From assembly GCA_963765495.1 (NCBI GenBank), contig CAVXWP010000005.1:96001-160000 (forward strand): a DNA stretch of 64,000 bases, given 5' to 3'. The position numbers and the translations under genes were made by a program. Shown one piece after another: positions 34,556 through 45,686 of the stretch. Position 1 is the stretch's first letter, and each line of letters starts with the position of its first letter. The notes under the pieces are model-generated. The model saw only the letters and a program-made list of their open reading frames with translations, was not told the DNA's origin and ran no database searches. The stretch is from Blastocatellia bacterium (lineage in GTDB: Bacteria > Acidobacteriota > Blastocatellia > UBA7656).

Positions 34556-35914
34556 AAAGAGCGAGCCCTTGCCCGGTTCGCTTTTCGCAGCGATAGTTCC
34601 GCCGTGCGCGACGGCTATCCATCGCGAGATTGCAAGGCCAAGCCCAAAACCCGTCACACGCGAATCGCGCGGATCGCTCTGGCGATAAAACCTATCGAAG
34701 ATATGAGGCAATGTCTCTGCGGGTATTCCGCGTCCTGTGTCTGAAACTTCGATAACGACCGAATCCTGATCGGCAGAAATCGCGAGTTTTACCCGCCCGC
34801 CTGCCGGGGTGTATTTGATCGCGTTGTCGAGCAGATTGACAAGCAATTGTTTGAGCCGCTTCGGGTCGCCTTCGACAAGCGCGGGAGAGGCAGGTCTGTC
34901 GTAGGTGAGCGTTAAAGAGACCGATTCGGCTAGCTGCCGCATGTAAGCGTACGCCTCATCAGCAAGCTCATCGAGCCTGACCGGCTCGAATTCGAGCATC
35001 TTTTCACCCGCATCCGAACGCGCAAGCGTCAGCAGATCATCCGTGAGCTTTGTGAGTCGTTCGATCTCTTCAAGGCTTGAGCCAAGCACCCGGCGATACT
35101 CCTGCGCGTCGCGGTCCCGGCGAAGCGTGACTTCGATGTCGCCGCGAAGTATCGCAAGCGGCGTCTTTAATTCGTGCGAGGCGTTTGCCGTGAAGTTGCG
35201 CTCGCGCTCGAAAGCCTGTTCGAGGCGGCTTATCATCTCGTTAAACGTAGCGGCGAGACGGCCTATCTCGTCGCGGGTTCGAGTCTCTTCCACTCGCTCG
35301 CTCAGGTTGCCACGGCCAATGCGCTCGGCTGCGCGTGTGAGACGGTCTACGGGTTTGAGCGCCTTGTTTGCGATCAGCAGGCCCCCAAAAAACGCGAGCA
35401 CCAGCGCCAGAGGGTTCGAGATGGCAAGCAGCAACAGCAATTGATGCTGGGCCTGATGGAGTTCCTTGAGCGACTGGCCGACCACGACAAAAAAGGTGTC
35501 CCCGTCGTCGTCACGCGCAGGCCACGTGATTATGCGCACGGGCTCGTCGGGCGAAATCTTCATCTCGTCGTATTGAGGGTTCCACTCACTCATAGCGCGT
35601 TCAAGCGCGGCTGGAATTATCGGCACCTCGTGGCCTTCGCCGTCCAGAATCCGGTCGGTGACTTCTCCATTTTGATCGGCGATTGATACGAATTGCGGCG
35701 CGAGTATCAGCGTGTCGGGGCGCTCGACCTCGGTGTCGCCAAGCGGATGCGCGACCGCCTGAGCTATGCGCTCGGCCTGATGCGCGAGCGAGTTATCAAT
35801 CGCGTTGAGCAACCCGCGCGACAGATACAGATATATCGCTACGGCAAAGGCCGTGAGCACAAGGGCCGCAATTCCCAGGTACCACAGCGTAAGCTTTACG
35901 CGGATCGAGGGCAT
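34511..35914 (-). CDS. Membrane sensor histidine kinase (HAMP, CusS/heavy-metal-sensor-like)
   Basis: Two TMs, HAMP DEIGRLA..FNEM, ASHELKTPL, NLLDNAIKY, GFGLGL; 45-nt convergent overlap with the PAP2 gene. Confidence 0.93.
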   Translation of the reverse strand: MPSIRVKLTLWYLGIAALVLTAFAVAIYLYLSRGLLNAIDNSLAHQAERIAQAVAHPLGDTEVERPDTLILAPQFVSIADQNGEVTDRILDGEGHEVPIIPAALERAMSEWNPQYDEMKISPDEPVRIITWPARDDDGDTFFVVVGQSLKELHQAQHQLLLLLAISNPLALVLAFFGGLLIANKALKPVDRLTRAAERIGRGNLSERVEETRTRDEIGRLAATFNEMISRLEQAFERERNFTANASHELKTPLAILRGDIEVTLRRDRDAQEYRRVLGSSLEEIERLTKLTDDLLTLARSDAGEKMLEFEPVRLDELADEAYAYMRQLAESVSLTLTYDRPASPALVEGDPKRLKQLLVNLLDNAIKYTPAGGRVKLAISADQDSVVIEVSDTGRGIPAETLPHIFDRFYRQSDPRDSRVTGFGLGLAISRWIAVAHGGTIAAKSEPGKGSLFSVRLPAARVAVHPG

Positions 35915-35955
35915 AAAAAAGATTCTACTTGTGGGCTGGCGCTTATGGAAGGTAT

Positions 35956-36041
35956 TGGTGCGGATGAGAGGACTTGAACCTCCACGAGATTGCTCTCACA
36001 GCGTCCTGAGCGCTGCGCGTCTGCCATTCCGCCACATCCGC
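35956..36041 (-). tRNA. tRNA-Leu(CAG)
   Basis: gcggatg acceptor stem, D-arm ggcggaatggcagacgc, anticodon arm cagcg-ctCAGga-cgctg, long variable arm, ggttcaagtcc T-loop, encoded CCA. Confidence 0.97.
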
Positions 36042-36077
36042 AACCGGGTTCGATTGTTTGTCAATCGAAGAGAAAAT

Positions 36078-36107
36078 ATACTACTCAGTGGGCGCGAAAT
36101 GTGTCAA
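36078..36107 (-). promoter_or_regulatory. Sigma70 promoter for tRNA-Leu, TTGACA-N18-TAGTAT
   Basis: Minus strand ttgacacatttcgcgcccactgagtagtat. Confidence 0.6.
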
Positions 36108-36127
36108 GCAGGAGTTTCGACCAGATT

Positions 36128-38329
36128 TTGATAAACACCGATCTTTCACCGCAAAAAATACTCCAGGCTCTGCCGAAATCCCGCGAGCGCAGCATAACCC
36201 CGGACCGCCTGGCCGAAACTCTGAACCTGACCGAAGCTCAAAAATCCCGGCTCACCGAGTACCTGACTGAATTCGTCCGCGCGGGGCTTGCCGTTCAAAA
36301 GAGCGGGCGTTACTGGCGCAAACAGGCCCCCGGCCTGCTCGTAGGCACACTCCGAGGCACGAAATCGGGCCACGCCTTTATCGTGCCCGATGATGAAGGC
36401 GAGCGGGCCTCGGGCGATCTGTACGTAAGCGAGCGGGCGATGGGCGCAGCCCTTCATGGTGATAAGGTCATAGCTCGCGTCACCAGTCAGTCAGAGCGCG
36501 GACGCGAAGGGCGCGTCGAAGCCGTGCTGCATCGCTCAAACCCTACGGTCGTAGGGCGATTCGCCAGGCTCACAAAAGATTGTTTCGTTTCGCCTATAGA
36601 TGAACGCATACTTTACGAAATCTCGATAGCCCCGACCGACACTCTGGAGGCCGCAGACGGAGATATAGTCAACGTGGAAATCACGCGTCCGCCTGTTGCC
36701 GGACGGCCTCCGTGGGGCCGCGTGATCGAAGTCCTCGGACCGGAAGGCACGCCCGGCCTCGACATCGAAATCATCATCAGAAAGCATCACCTCCCGGATG
36801 TCTTCCCTGATATTGCGCTCGCGCAGGCCGAAGCGATACCCGATACAATTTCAACAACCGATCTGACAGGCCGGATGGATTTGCGCGACCATCTCACGAT
36901 AACGATTGACGGAGAGACCGCTCGCGATTTCGATGATGCCGTATCGCTTGAGGTCTTGCCAAACGGGCGGTTCCGGCTGGGCGTACATATCGCCGACGTG
37001 AGCCATTACGTAGGCGAAGGCAGCCCGCTCGATGAAGAGGCGTTTCGCCGGGGCACGTCTGTCTATTTTCCTGAGCGGGCAATTCCGATGCTGCCCGAAC
37101 GTCTATCGAACGGCATCTGCTCGCTCAACCCTCGCGAGGACCGGCTCACTATGTCGGTTGTCCTGGAACTCGACCGCACGGGTCAGGTGATTTATTACAA
37201 CCTCGCACCTTCAATCATTCACAGCCGCGAGCGCATGACCTACACGGCGGTAAACGAAATCATCACAAACCCCGAAGGCGAAACTGCTCGCGACTACTCG
37301 CACATCAAAGAAATGATCGGCGAGATGCACGGCCTCGCGCTCATCCTGATCGAGCGGCGAAAGGAGCGCGGCGCAATCGATTTCGATCTGCCCGAAGCCG
37401 AACTCCACTTCAACGACGAAGGCCAGATAGCAGGCATAATCCGCTCAGAACGAAACATCGCGCATCGCCTGATCGAAGAATTCATGCTGCTCGCAAACGA
37501 AACCGTAGCCGCGCACCTTGAGGCGCTCCTTGTGCCCGCCATCTATCGCATTCACGAAGAACCTAACCCTGAAAAAGTCGAAGAATTTGCCGAGATAGCT
37601 TTATCGTTTGGCCACAAATTTTCTATGCACGGCCCAAAACCACAGCGCGGATTTCAACACCTGACCAGAGAGATTCAGGGGCTTCCAGAAGAGCGATTGC
37701 TTTCCTATCTGATGCTGCGCTCGATGCAGCGCGCCAGGTATAGCGCCCAGAATCGCGGCCATTTCGGGCTGGCGATGAAGACCTATACACACTTCACTTC
37801 GCCTATACGCCGGTACCCCGATCTGATAGTTCATCGCCTGTTGCGCGAAATCTTAGAGCAGGGCCGAAACGGCGAAGAGGAATGGCAGCAGGTTGACCTG
37901 GGGAGCAAACAGGCGCTCAGACAGGTTTCGTGGCCGGTGCTTGGTGAAGAACGCGCAAGCGAACTTCGCACCGCGCTCGATGTGATCGCGGATCACTCAA
38001 GCGAGCGAGAGCGCGCCGCCGATGCGGCCGAAAACGAGTTGATGGACTGGCGCAAGGCGGAATTTATGTTCGAGCGAATCGGCGACACGTTCGACGGTGT
38101 AATCACTTCGGTCAAGGATTTCGGATTCTATGTAGAGTTGAACGAGTTCTTTATCGAGGGGCTGGTTCACATCTCGACTTTGATAGACGATCTTTACGAA
38201 TACGACGAGCGCAAGCAAATGCTGGCGGGCACGCGAGGCAACAAAAAGTACAGGCTGGGCGATTGGGTGCGCGTTGCGGTTGATCGAGTAGACCGCGTGC
38301 GCCACCTCATAGATTTTTCTGTTGCCTGA
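36128..38329 (+). CDS. rnr: Ribonuclease R
   Basis: HTH and cold-shock domains, [26 protein letters not shown]-terminal S1. Start uncertain (GTG 36101 or TTG 36128). Confidence 0.95.
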   Translation: MINTDLSPQKILQALPKSRERSITPDRLAETLNLTEAQKSRLTEYLTEFVRAGLAVQKSGRYWRKQAPGLLVGTLRGTKSGHAFIVPDDEGERASGDLYVSERAMGAALHGDKVIARVTSQSERGREGRVEAVLHRSNPTVVGRFARLTKDCFVSPIDERILYEISIAPTDTLEAADGDIVNVEITRPPVAGRPPWGRVIEVLGPEGTPGLDIEIIIRKHHLPDVFPDIALAQAEAIPDTISTTDLTGRMDLRDHLTITIDGETARDFDDAVSLEVLPNGRFRLGVHIADVSHYVGEGSPLDEEAFRRGTSVYFPERAIPMLPERLSNGICSLNPREDRLTMSVVLELDRTGQVIYYNLAPSIIHSRERMTYTAVNEIITNPEGETARDYSHIKEMIGEMHGLALILIERRKERGAIDFDLPEAELHFNDEGQIAGIIRSERNIAHRLIEEFMLLANETVAAHLEALLVPAIYRIHEEPNPEKVEEFAEIALSFGHKFSMHGPKPQRGFQHLTREIQGLPEERLLSYLMLRSMQRARYSAQNRGHFGLAMKTYTHFTSPIRRYPDLIVHRLLREILEQGRNGEEEWQQVDLGSKQALRQVSWPVLGEERASELRTALDVIADHSSERERAADAAENELMDWRKAEFMFERIGDTFDGVITSVKDFGFYVELNEFFIEGLVHISTLIDDLYEYDERKQMLAGTRGNKKYRLGDWVRVAVDRVDRVRHLIDFSVA

Positions 38330-39095
38330 TCTCTTCCACGCGAGTTTGCAGCCGCCTCATGCCGCGAAGCCAGCGATCATAATCGGCGGCCTTGCGGCGA
38401 AAGTATTCGGCAACTTCCGGGTGCGGCAAAATAAGGAATCGTTCTTCGGCCAATCCTTGAACAACCACTTCGGCAACCTCTTCGGGATCGAGCGCGCCTT
38501 CTTTAAGAAAGGAACCGCCGTCTGCCGCCGCTTCAAGCATATTCGTGCGAACGCCCTGCGGACACAGACACGAAACCTTGATACCCGCCTCGCCGTGAGC
38601 GATTGCCAGCCATTCGGCAAACGCCACGGCCGCGTGCTTTGTGACCGAATATGGAGCCGAGCCTATTTGAGTGAGCAGCCCGGCAGCCGACGCGGTGTTT
38701 AGCAAGTACCCCTCGCCTCGCTCAAGCATCGCGGGCAGGACGGCTCTCGCGGCATAGACGTGAGCCATAAAATTGATTTCCCAGATTCGCTGCCATGCCT
38801 TGTCGCTCACCTCAGCGCCGCCGTCGGTCGCAATCCCCGCGTTAGAGCAGAAGAGATCAATCGCTCCATACTTTTCGGTCGCCTGATTAACCAGATTTAT
38901 GATGTCGGCTTCACGGCTCACATCTGTCTCCACGGCAAGACCGCCAATTTCGCGGGCCACGCTTTGCGCGCCTTCACGGTCGAGATCAGCCACAACCACG
39001 CCACGCGCACCCTCCTGTGCAAAGCGGCGCGCAAGCGCGCGGCCAATGCCCGTCGCTCCGCCCGTGACTACCGCGACCCTGTCCCTCAGTTGCAT
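38307..39095 (-). CDS. Short-chain dehydrogenase/reductase
   Basis: [17 protein letters not shown]. Confidence 0.93.
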   Translation of the reverse strand: MQLRDRVAVVTGGATGIGRALARRFAQEGARGVVVADLDREGAQSVAREIGGLAVETDVSREADIINLVNQATEKYGAIDLFCSNAGIATDGGAEVSDKAWQRIWEINFMAHVYAARAVLPAMLERGEGYLLNTASAAGLLTQIGSAPYSVTKHAAVAFAEWLAIAHGEAGIKVSCLCPQGVRTNMLEAAADGGSFLKEGALDPEEVAEVVVQGLAEERFLILPHPEVAEYFRRKAADYDRWLRGMRRLQTRVEEIRQQKNL

Positions 39096-39142
39096 ACGTT
39101 CTTCCTTTTCGTTTACCTCAACATGTAGGTCTGGCTAGTAGA

Positions 39143-39244
39143 AATAGGCCGGGACGGACACGGATGCGGCGGATCTACGCGGATCTGATCAAATAAAGTC
39201 TGATCCGTGTTGATCCGTCCGATCCGTCGAATCCGTGATCTATT
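39143..39244. repeat. About 100-bp CGGAT-family palindrome (inverted relative of 28266-28368)
   Basis: Shares cggatgcggcggatctacgcggat and the aataggcc end with the reverse complement of the 28.3-kb copy. Confidence 0.88.
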
Positions 39245-39290
39245 GCCTCTTTCCCAACCATTCAAATCCATTTCCACCGATTGCCTGCGA

Positions 39291-40493
<1,203 letters not shown>

Positions 40494-40652
40494 GATTGAT
40501 AGCTCCTGTAGGGTTTTTGCCGTATTAGGGCGGCTCAAGCCTGTGCGAGTATAGCATGTCACGGCGGTTCATCCACCATGGAAATGACCCGGTGGCGTGC
40601 TGAAATCGCCCGCAGGCGATAGACTATAAGACTAATAATCGGAGAGCAACTG

Positions 40653-41150
40653 ATGTCGAAAATACGTGATTGCGAACCCGAAGACGCCGAAGCCATCGCG
40701 CTGATTTACAACCAGTCCATCGGGGCGCGCGATAGCACTATGGATCAGACGCCCAAAAGCAAAGAAGAGATTTTGAAATGGATAAATGCGTTCACCGAGC
40801 AAGAGACTATTCTCGTCTTTGAGGATGAAGACCGGGTCCTGGGATGGGGCATCATAAAGCGGTACAGCGACAGGGAGGGCTATCGCTTTGCCTGCGAGAC
40901 ATCGGTCTACATCCGGCGCGATCTGGTAGGCCGCCGTCTAGGCGTAGGCACGCAGATTCAGCAGGCGCTCATCGAGCGGTGCCGCGCCTTTGGCTATCAT
41001 CATCTCGTCGCGAAGATCTGGGCAGACAATCAGATCAGCCTCGATCTACACAAGAAATTCGGCTACGAGACGGCAGGCATACAACGTGAGATCGGATGCA
41101 CCGAAGGCCGATGGCAGGACGTAGCCATCCTGCAACTGGTATTGGAGTGA
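40653..41150 (+). CDS. GNAT N-acetyltransferase (YncA/Pat-like)
   Basis: ETSVYI, GVGT, N..SLDLHKKFGY, GRWQD. Confidence 0.85.
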   Translation: MSKIRDCEPEDAEAIALIYNQSIGARDSTMDQTPKSKEEILKWINAFTEQETILVFEDEDRVLGWGIIKRYSDREGYRFACETSVYIRRDLVGRRLGVGTQIQQALIERCRAFGYHHLVAKIWADNQISLDLHKKFGYETAGIQREIGCTEGRWQDVAILQLVLE

Positions 41151-41162
41151 TGCGTGAGCGCT

Positions 41163-41804
41163 TCATTCAGGCCGCTTCCAGATAAGCATCATCCCGTCGC
41201 GGACCGTAAGACAGACATTTTCAACGCGGGGGTCCGCCTGCACCTGTTCATCAAAGGCCACGATTGCGCGTGTCGATTCGTCTTCGGGATTGAGCACCTT
41301 GCCGCTCCATAAAACGTTATCGGCCACTATCAGGCCGCCCGGTCGAAGGAGCGGAAGACACGCTTCATAATAGTTCGAATAGTTCGTTTTATCGGCATCA
41401 ATAAAGACCATATCAAGCGGGTCGGTAAGCGCGGCTATGGTCTCAAGCGCCGGTCCCATTCTGATTTCGATCTTGCGTCCGTGAGGGCTTTCGGCGAAAT
41501 AGCGGCGGGCTATCGCTTCGGCCTTCGGGTCTACGTCGCAGGTGATTATGCGCCCGTCTTCCGGCAAGCCTTCGGCCATCATCAGGGCGCTGTAACCTGT
41601 AAACATGCCGAGTTCCAGCACGCGCCGTGCGCCTGTCAATCGCACGAGCATCTTCAGAAAACGGCCTTCGATGCGCCCTACCTGCATCTGCGGATACTGC
41701 ATCTCGGCGATGGTCTCTTCCCGCAATCGGCGAAACAGATCGGATTCCGGGTCGGTGTGATCGTGCGCAAATTTTTCTACATCCTGGTTTATGAATTCAA
41801 ACAT
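41163..41804 (-). CDS. Class I SAM-dependent O-methyltransferase (caffeoyl-CoA OMT-like)
   Basis: LELGMFTGYS, FIDADK, ADNVLW, RDG. Confidence 0.92.
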   Translation of the reverse strand: MFEFINQDVEKFAHDHTDPESDLFRRLREETIAEMQYPQMQVGRIEGRFLKMLVRLTGARRVLELGMFTGYSALMMAEGLPEDGRIITCDVDPKAEAIARRYFAESPHGRKIEIRMGPALETIAALTDPLDMVFIDADKTNYSNYYEACLPLLRPGGLIVADNVLWSGKVLNPEDESTRAIVAFDEQVQADPRVENVCLTVRDGMMLIWKRPE

Positions 41805-41852
41805 AAAGTTTTTCTCCTATGATCGCGGGCTCAAAATCGGCTCGATATTTGT

Positions 41853-42287
41853 CTATCTGTCGGGCGGAATAGAGTATGTCACACTCGCATGAGCTACGGG
41901 CTGAATTTCACCATCCGAGTACATGGTAACTTCGCCTACGGCGAGCCTGCGCCCCAGTTTAAGCAGGCTCGCTTTTGCGATGACATCTTTCGGATCGGGC
42001 TTGCGCAGGAAATTGATATTCAGGTTTGTAGTGACCGCGAGCGCCACCGGCCCTATCATCGCAAGCACGACGATGTACATGGCCGTGTCGGCGAGCGTCA
42101 TAAGCGACGGTCCGCTGATGGTTCCGCCTGGACGCAGATGGCGAGCGTCATAACGAAGGCGTACCTCGGCAACCATCTCGCCCACGCTTTCCACGTGATA
42201 ATCGCGGTCCTTCATCTCGGGAAAGTGAACGTATAAAAACGATTCCAACTCTTCGGCCGACATCACGGGCTGCCGGTTGCCGCTCAT
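41853..42287 (-). CDS. PaaI-family thioesterase
   Basis: RPGGTISGP..MTLAD, TTNLNINFLRK; ATGA overlap with the upstream gene. Confidence 0.88.
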   Translation of the reverse strand: MSGNRQPVMSAEELESFLYVHFPEMKDRDYHVESVGEMVAEVRLRYDARHLRPGGTISGPSLMTLADTAMYIVVLAMIGPVALAVTTNLNINFLRKPDPKDVIAKASLLKLGRRLAVGEVTMYSDGEIQPVAHASVTYSIPPDR

Positions 42288-43768
42288 TTCGATTCCAGTT
42301 CCTTGAGTTTTTCGACCGCGTTCGTATTCTGCGGATTTAGCTCCAGCGACTTCCTGTAATTTTGTATGGCAAGCTCTTTTTCACCGGCTATCATGTAAGC
42401 CTCGCCCAGACTGTCATATACGTTTGACGATCCGTAGTAAGCATCGACGTTCAGTTTGAAAATCTCGATGGCGTCTTTCACTCTCTTCATTCTGAGCATC
42501 TGGTATCCGAGGGTGTTCAACTCGTCTTCGGTGATCAGGTATTCGTCGGCTTTTTCGGTCTTCAGTTGATGGTATTGCTTTATGGCCGCTTCGACATTCT
42601 TCTCCATTATGGTTTTCATCAGGGCTTCGCCTATGGGTTTGCGCGCCTGCTTGTAAGGCTTGTCGTAGAGTATGCCTGCAATCGCCGTGGCCATCTCGTT
42701 CAATCTCGCCCCGCCCGTATTGTTGAGCAGGACGATCAAATTCTTTTCGTCGACAAACCGGACGATCAACGTGTTGAAGCCGTTTATGCCGCCGCCATGC
42801 GTTACGACAGACGCGGTTTCTTTGCTGTCGCCGAGCGGGACTTTCGTTACCACCCATCCATATGCATAGTTGTTTAGAAACGGCTTGAACATAATCTCTT
42901 TGGATTTTTCGGAAATCAGCTTGTCGGTGTAAAGCGCCTGATCCCACAGATACAGATCTTCCACGGTCGAATAAAGCGAGCCCGCCGAGTAGGGAATGGA
43001 CATATCCAGATAAGACGTGTTCTCGTACCCGGCGGGCGTTTTTTCATAACCGTAAACGCGCTTTTTCAGGATAGTGTTGTGATGGTCATAGCCCGTGTCG
43101 TGCATCTTCAGAGGATCGAGTATCCGCTCTTTCAAGACCACTTCGTAAGGCTTGCCGGTGATCTTTTCAATTATGGCTCCAAGTAGAAAGTAGCCCGAAT
43201 TGTTGTAGGCGAATTTCGAACCCGGCTCAAACAACAAATCTCCGCTCGCCTGTTTATTCACGAAATCGGCTACCGTGTAAGGATCGCGGCTGATGTTTTC
43301 AAAGAAGCCGGGCTGATCCGTATAGCTTGGAATCCCCGAGGTATGAGTCAACAGGTGATGAATCGTGACACGCTCGCCCGTGTCCTTGCGATAGTCGGGC
43401 AGGTAATCAATCAGATGGCCGTCGAGTTTTATCTTCCCTTCTTCGACCAGTTGCATAATCAGCATCGAGGTGAATTGCTTTGTGATCGAGCCCAGGCGGA
43501 ATTTCGCGTCCGTCTCGTTTGGAATCTTCCATTCCATGTTGGCGTAGCCCAGCCCCTTTTTATAAATCACCTTTCCATTTTCGGCCACAAGCACCGCGCC
43601 GTTGAACAGCCCGTATTCGTAATAACCCTTCATCAACTCGGCGATCTGCTTCTCTTTATCCGGCTTTTTCTCTTTTTCCTGCGCAATCGCGCGCGGGCTT
43701 ACCGTAAACAGGCTGAACGTGACGTAGAACAGCAGCAACATTCTTGAAAGGCCTGAATATTTCTTCAT
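42284..43768 (-). CDS. Secreted serine hydrolase (class C beta-lactamase-like fold) with C-terminal TPR
   Basis: GSITK (SxxK), LLTHTSG, YNN, HGG; NVYDSLGEAY TPR. Confidence 0.9.
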   Translation of the reverse strand: MKKYSGLSRMLLLFYVTFSLFTVSPRAIAQEKEKKPDKEKQIAELMKGYYEYGLFNGAVLVAENGKVIYKKGLGYANMEWKIPNETDAKFRLGSITKQFTSMLIMQLVEEGKIKLDGHLIDYLPDYRKDTGERVTIHHLLTHTSGIPSYTDQPGFFENISRDPYTVADFVNKQASGDLLFEPGSKFAYNNSGYFLLGAIIEKITGKPYEVVLKERILDPLKMHDTGYDHHNTILKKRVYGYEKTPAGYENTSYLDMSIPYSAGSLYSTVEDLYLWDQALYTDKLISEKSKEIMFKPFLNNYAYGWVVTKVPLGDSKETASVVTHGGGINGFNTLIVRFVDEKNLIVLLNNTGGARLNEMATAIAGILYDKPYKQARKPIGEALMKTIMEKNVEAAIKQYHQLKTEKADEYLITEDELNTLGYQMLRMKRVKDAIEIFKLNVDAYYGSSNVYDSLGEAYMIAGEKELAIQNYRKSLELNPQNTNAVEKLKELESK

Positions 43769-43970
43769 TTTCGAGGTCTCCTCAAAGATTTCCTGAGTTT
43801 GTGATTTTACCGGGCGAATCCTTTGCGGATTATATCGGAAAGCCCGCCTGTTGCAAACCGGCCCCTTGCAGATTGCTACACGCTTCGTGCAAGACCAGGG
43901 TCATTCAGTTTTCCTAACATGCAGTTGCCTTTAGATTGATACCTGGCTTTACTCAACTGCCTGCTGCCTG

Positions 43971-45623
43971 CTACTTGATGCCGGGCACAGGCAGACCGTT
44001 CAATTTGAGCACATCCGCTTTCTTGTTTGGCGGGAGTTCGGCGTAGAGTTCCGTGAAGGCCGCGTTTGTCCAGCCAAATCCTATTTCGTTTGAAGTGTAC
44101 CCGAATTTCAATCCGGCTCCGAGTTGAGAGGCGCGGCGCGTTACATCATATTTTTCCACTATCGTGTTGTGGGCTATAAATTCCTTGAGCACGAGCGAGA
44201 GGAAATTAGCCGATATGCGGTTGGCTTCCGCGTTGTAGCCATACTTTCGCAACCCCCAGACGGCGATCAATTGCAGGTTCCCCCAGCCGAAGGGCGCGTC
44301 CCACTGGCTGCCAGATACGTTGTTGCTGGTCGCTATGCCGCCCGGTTGCTCTAAAAGATGCAGGTTCGCCACTACGCGGGCCGCCTGTTTGCGGCTGGCA
44401 ATCCCCGCCCACAGAGGGTAAAACATCGTTGCGAACGGATAACGCCGCACGCGCTTTTCGACAAAATTATAGTCGTAATAGAGCCCGTCTTTTTCATCCC
44501 ACATCAGACGATTCATCCTGCGTTTGCGATCTTCGGCCCGGCGCAGCCAGACGCCCGCTTCGCGCCCCCGCCCGGCGAGTTTTAATATCTCTGCCGTCTC
44601 GGTCTCCATTATGTAAAGCAGCGAATTAAGACCCACGGGGTCGTAATGGATTATGTCTATGCTGAACGGCCCGTAACGATTCGAAGGGTCAAATCCCGAT
44701 TCGCGCATCGAGCGGTCGCTCTTGTAAAACAGCGGCGTAAGCTCGTCTTTTTCTTTGTCATAATACTGACTCAAATCGTAATCGGTGATGTCGTGCGTGC
44801 GGTAATACTCCTTCACTCGATCATAATGAGTTCGCCCTTCCGCATCGCGCTCATCCGATATGACCTCCGGGGCAGGCCCTTCGCCAAAATCGTAGTAACG
44901 CGACAGCCCGGTCTCTTTTGTCAGATGGGGCTCGGCCATCCAGAAGCGGTAATATTTTTCTATAGCCGGGATCGTACTTTTAAGCCACGCGCGGTCGTGC
45001 GTTTTGCGGTAAACTCCGAGGATCATCTGGGTCAAAAAGGGCGGCTGCGAGCGGTTCAGGTAATAAGTGCGGTTGGCATTCAATATCTTTCCGTAATGCT
45101 CTATCTGGTAGATGAAGTTGTCGGTCAGGTTTTTTGCCAGTTCCGTCTCATTGTCGCGAAGCAGCCCCACCTGAATAAAATAACTGTCCCACCCGTACAT
45201 TTCGTTGAAGCGGCCACCCGGCACTACGTAAGGATAAGGCAGGTAAAGAAGCCCCGGCTCCCGAATTTCGTTTATGTCGTCGGGCAATTGCCTGATTTCG
45301 ATCTTGTTGAAATCCGACGCCTGCATCTGCGTTCGCAAGCTCTCTCGCACCTTTTTGAGGTCTTCTTTTTGCGAGACATAGACAGGCCACTTCTCGCCCT
45401 CGGGCAGATGAAACTTTGGGTCAACGGCTGCGACGGCGAGCCGCGCATTCGAGCGCGCGAGCGTGTGCCAGCTATCTTTTATGTACTTTCTCGCGGCTTC
45501 GAGTTGCGCGCTCGTGGCCTTCCCGGATTGAGGCGCTGTGACGCCCGCTACCGAGACGGCAAGCAGTAACGAGATTATGATTGAGGAAAAAGAGAATTTC
45601 CTGAACTGTTTTTTCGCAGTCAT
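43971..45623 (-). CDS. Exported trehalase (GH37)
   Basis: VPGGRFNEMYGWDSY, RSQPP, ESGFD, QWDAP, EKY, GFGWTN; signal peptide. Confidence 0.93.
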   Translation of the reverse strand: MTAKKQFRKFSFSSIIISLLLAVSVAGVTAPQSGKATSAQLEAARKYIKDSWHTLARSNARLAVAAVDPKFHLPEGEKWPVYVSQKEDLKKVRESLRTQMQASDFNKIEIRQLPDDINEIREPGLLYLPYPYVVPGGRFNEMYGWDSYFIQVGLLRDNETELAKNLTDNFIYQIEHYGKILNANRTYYLNRSQPPFLTQMILGVYRKTHDRAWLKSTIPAIEKYYRFWMAEPHLTKETGLSRYYDFGEGPAPEVISDERDAEGRTHYDRVKEYYRTHDITDYDLSQYYDKEKDELTPLFYKSDRSMRESGFDPSNRYGPFSIDIIHYDPVGLNSLLYIMETETAEILKLAGRGREAGVWLRRAEDRKRRMNRLMWDEKDGLYYDYNFVEKRVRRYPFATMFYPLWAGIASRKQAARVVANLHLLEQPGGIATSNNVSGSQWDAPFGWGNLQLIAVWGLRKYGYNAEANRISANFLSLVLKEFIAHNTIVEKYDVTRRASQLGAGLKFGYTSNEIGFGWTNAAFTELYAELPPNKKADVLKLNGLPVPGIK

Positions 45624-45686
45624 CCGTATGCCCTCCTGATTTGTTGGATTGTTTTGTGAGTCCGATGCTTTATCTTATAACAATTC

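Noticed and set aside
35915-36041. tRNA-Leu as an island integration site
   Set aside because: No integrase and no duplicated tRNA 3' end were noticed in the window.
35990-36127. N-terminal extension of the RNase R ORF in the track
   Set aside because: It runs antisense over tRNA-Leu and its promoter; the real start is near 36101-36128.
40593-40609. Possible sigma54 site TGGCGTGCTGAAATCGC
   Set aside because: GG-to-GC spacing is 12 rather than the required 10.
42284-43768. Beta-lactam resistance gene
   Set aside because: A generic serine hydrolase with TPR and HGG in place of KTG; no specific AmpC evidence.
44646-45569. Long antisense ORFs (also 58-780, 23617-24426, 49665-50432, 52840-53592, 57951-58805)
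   Set aside because: Shadow frames opposite well-supported genes in GC-rich DNA, with no motifs.
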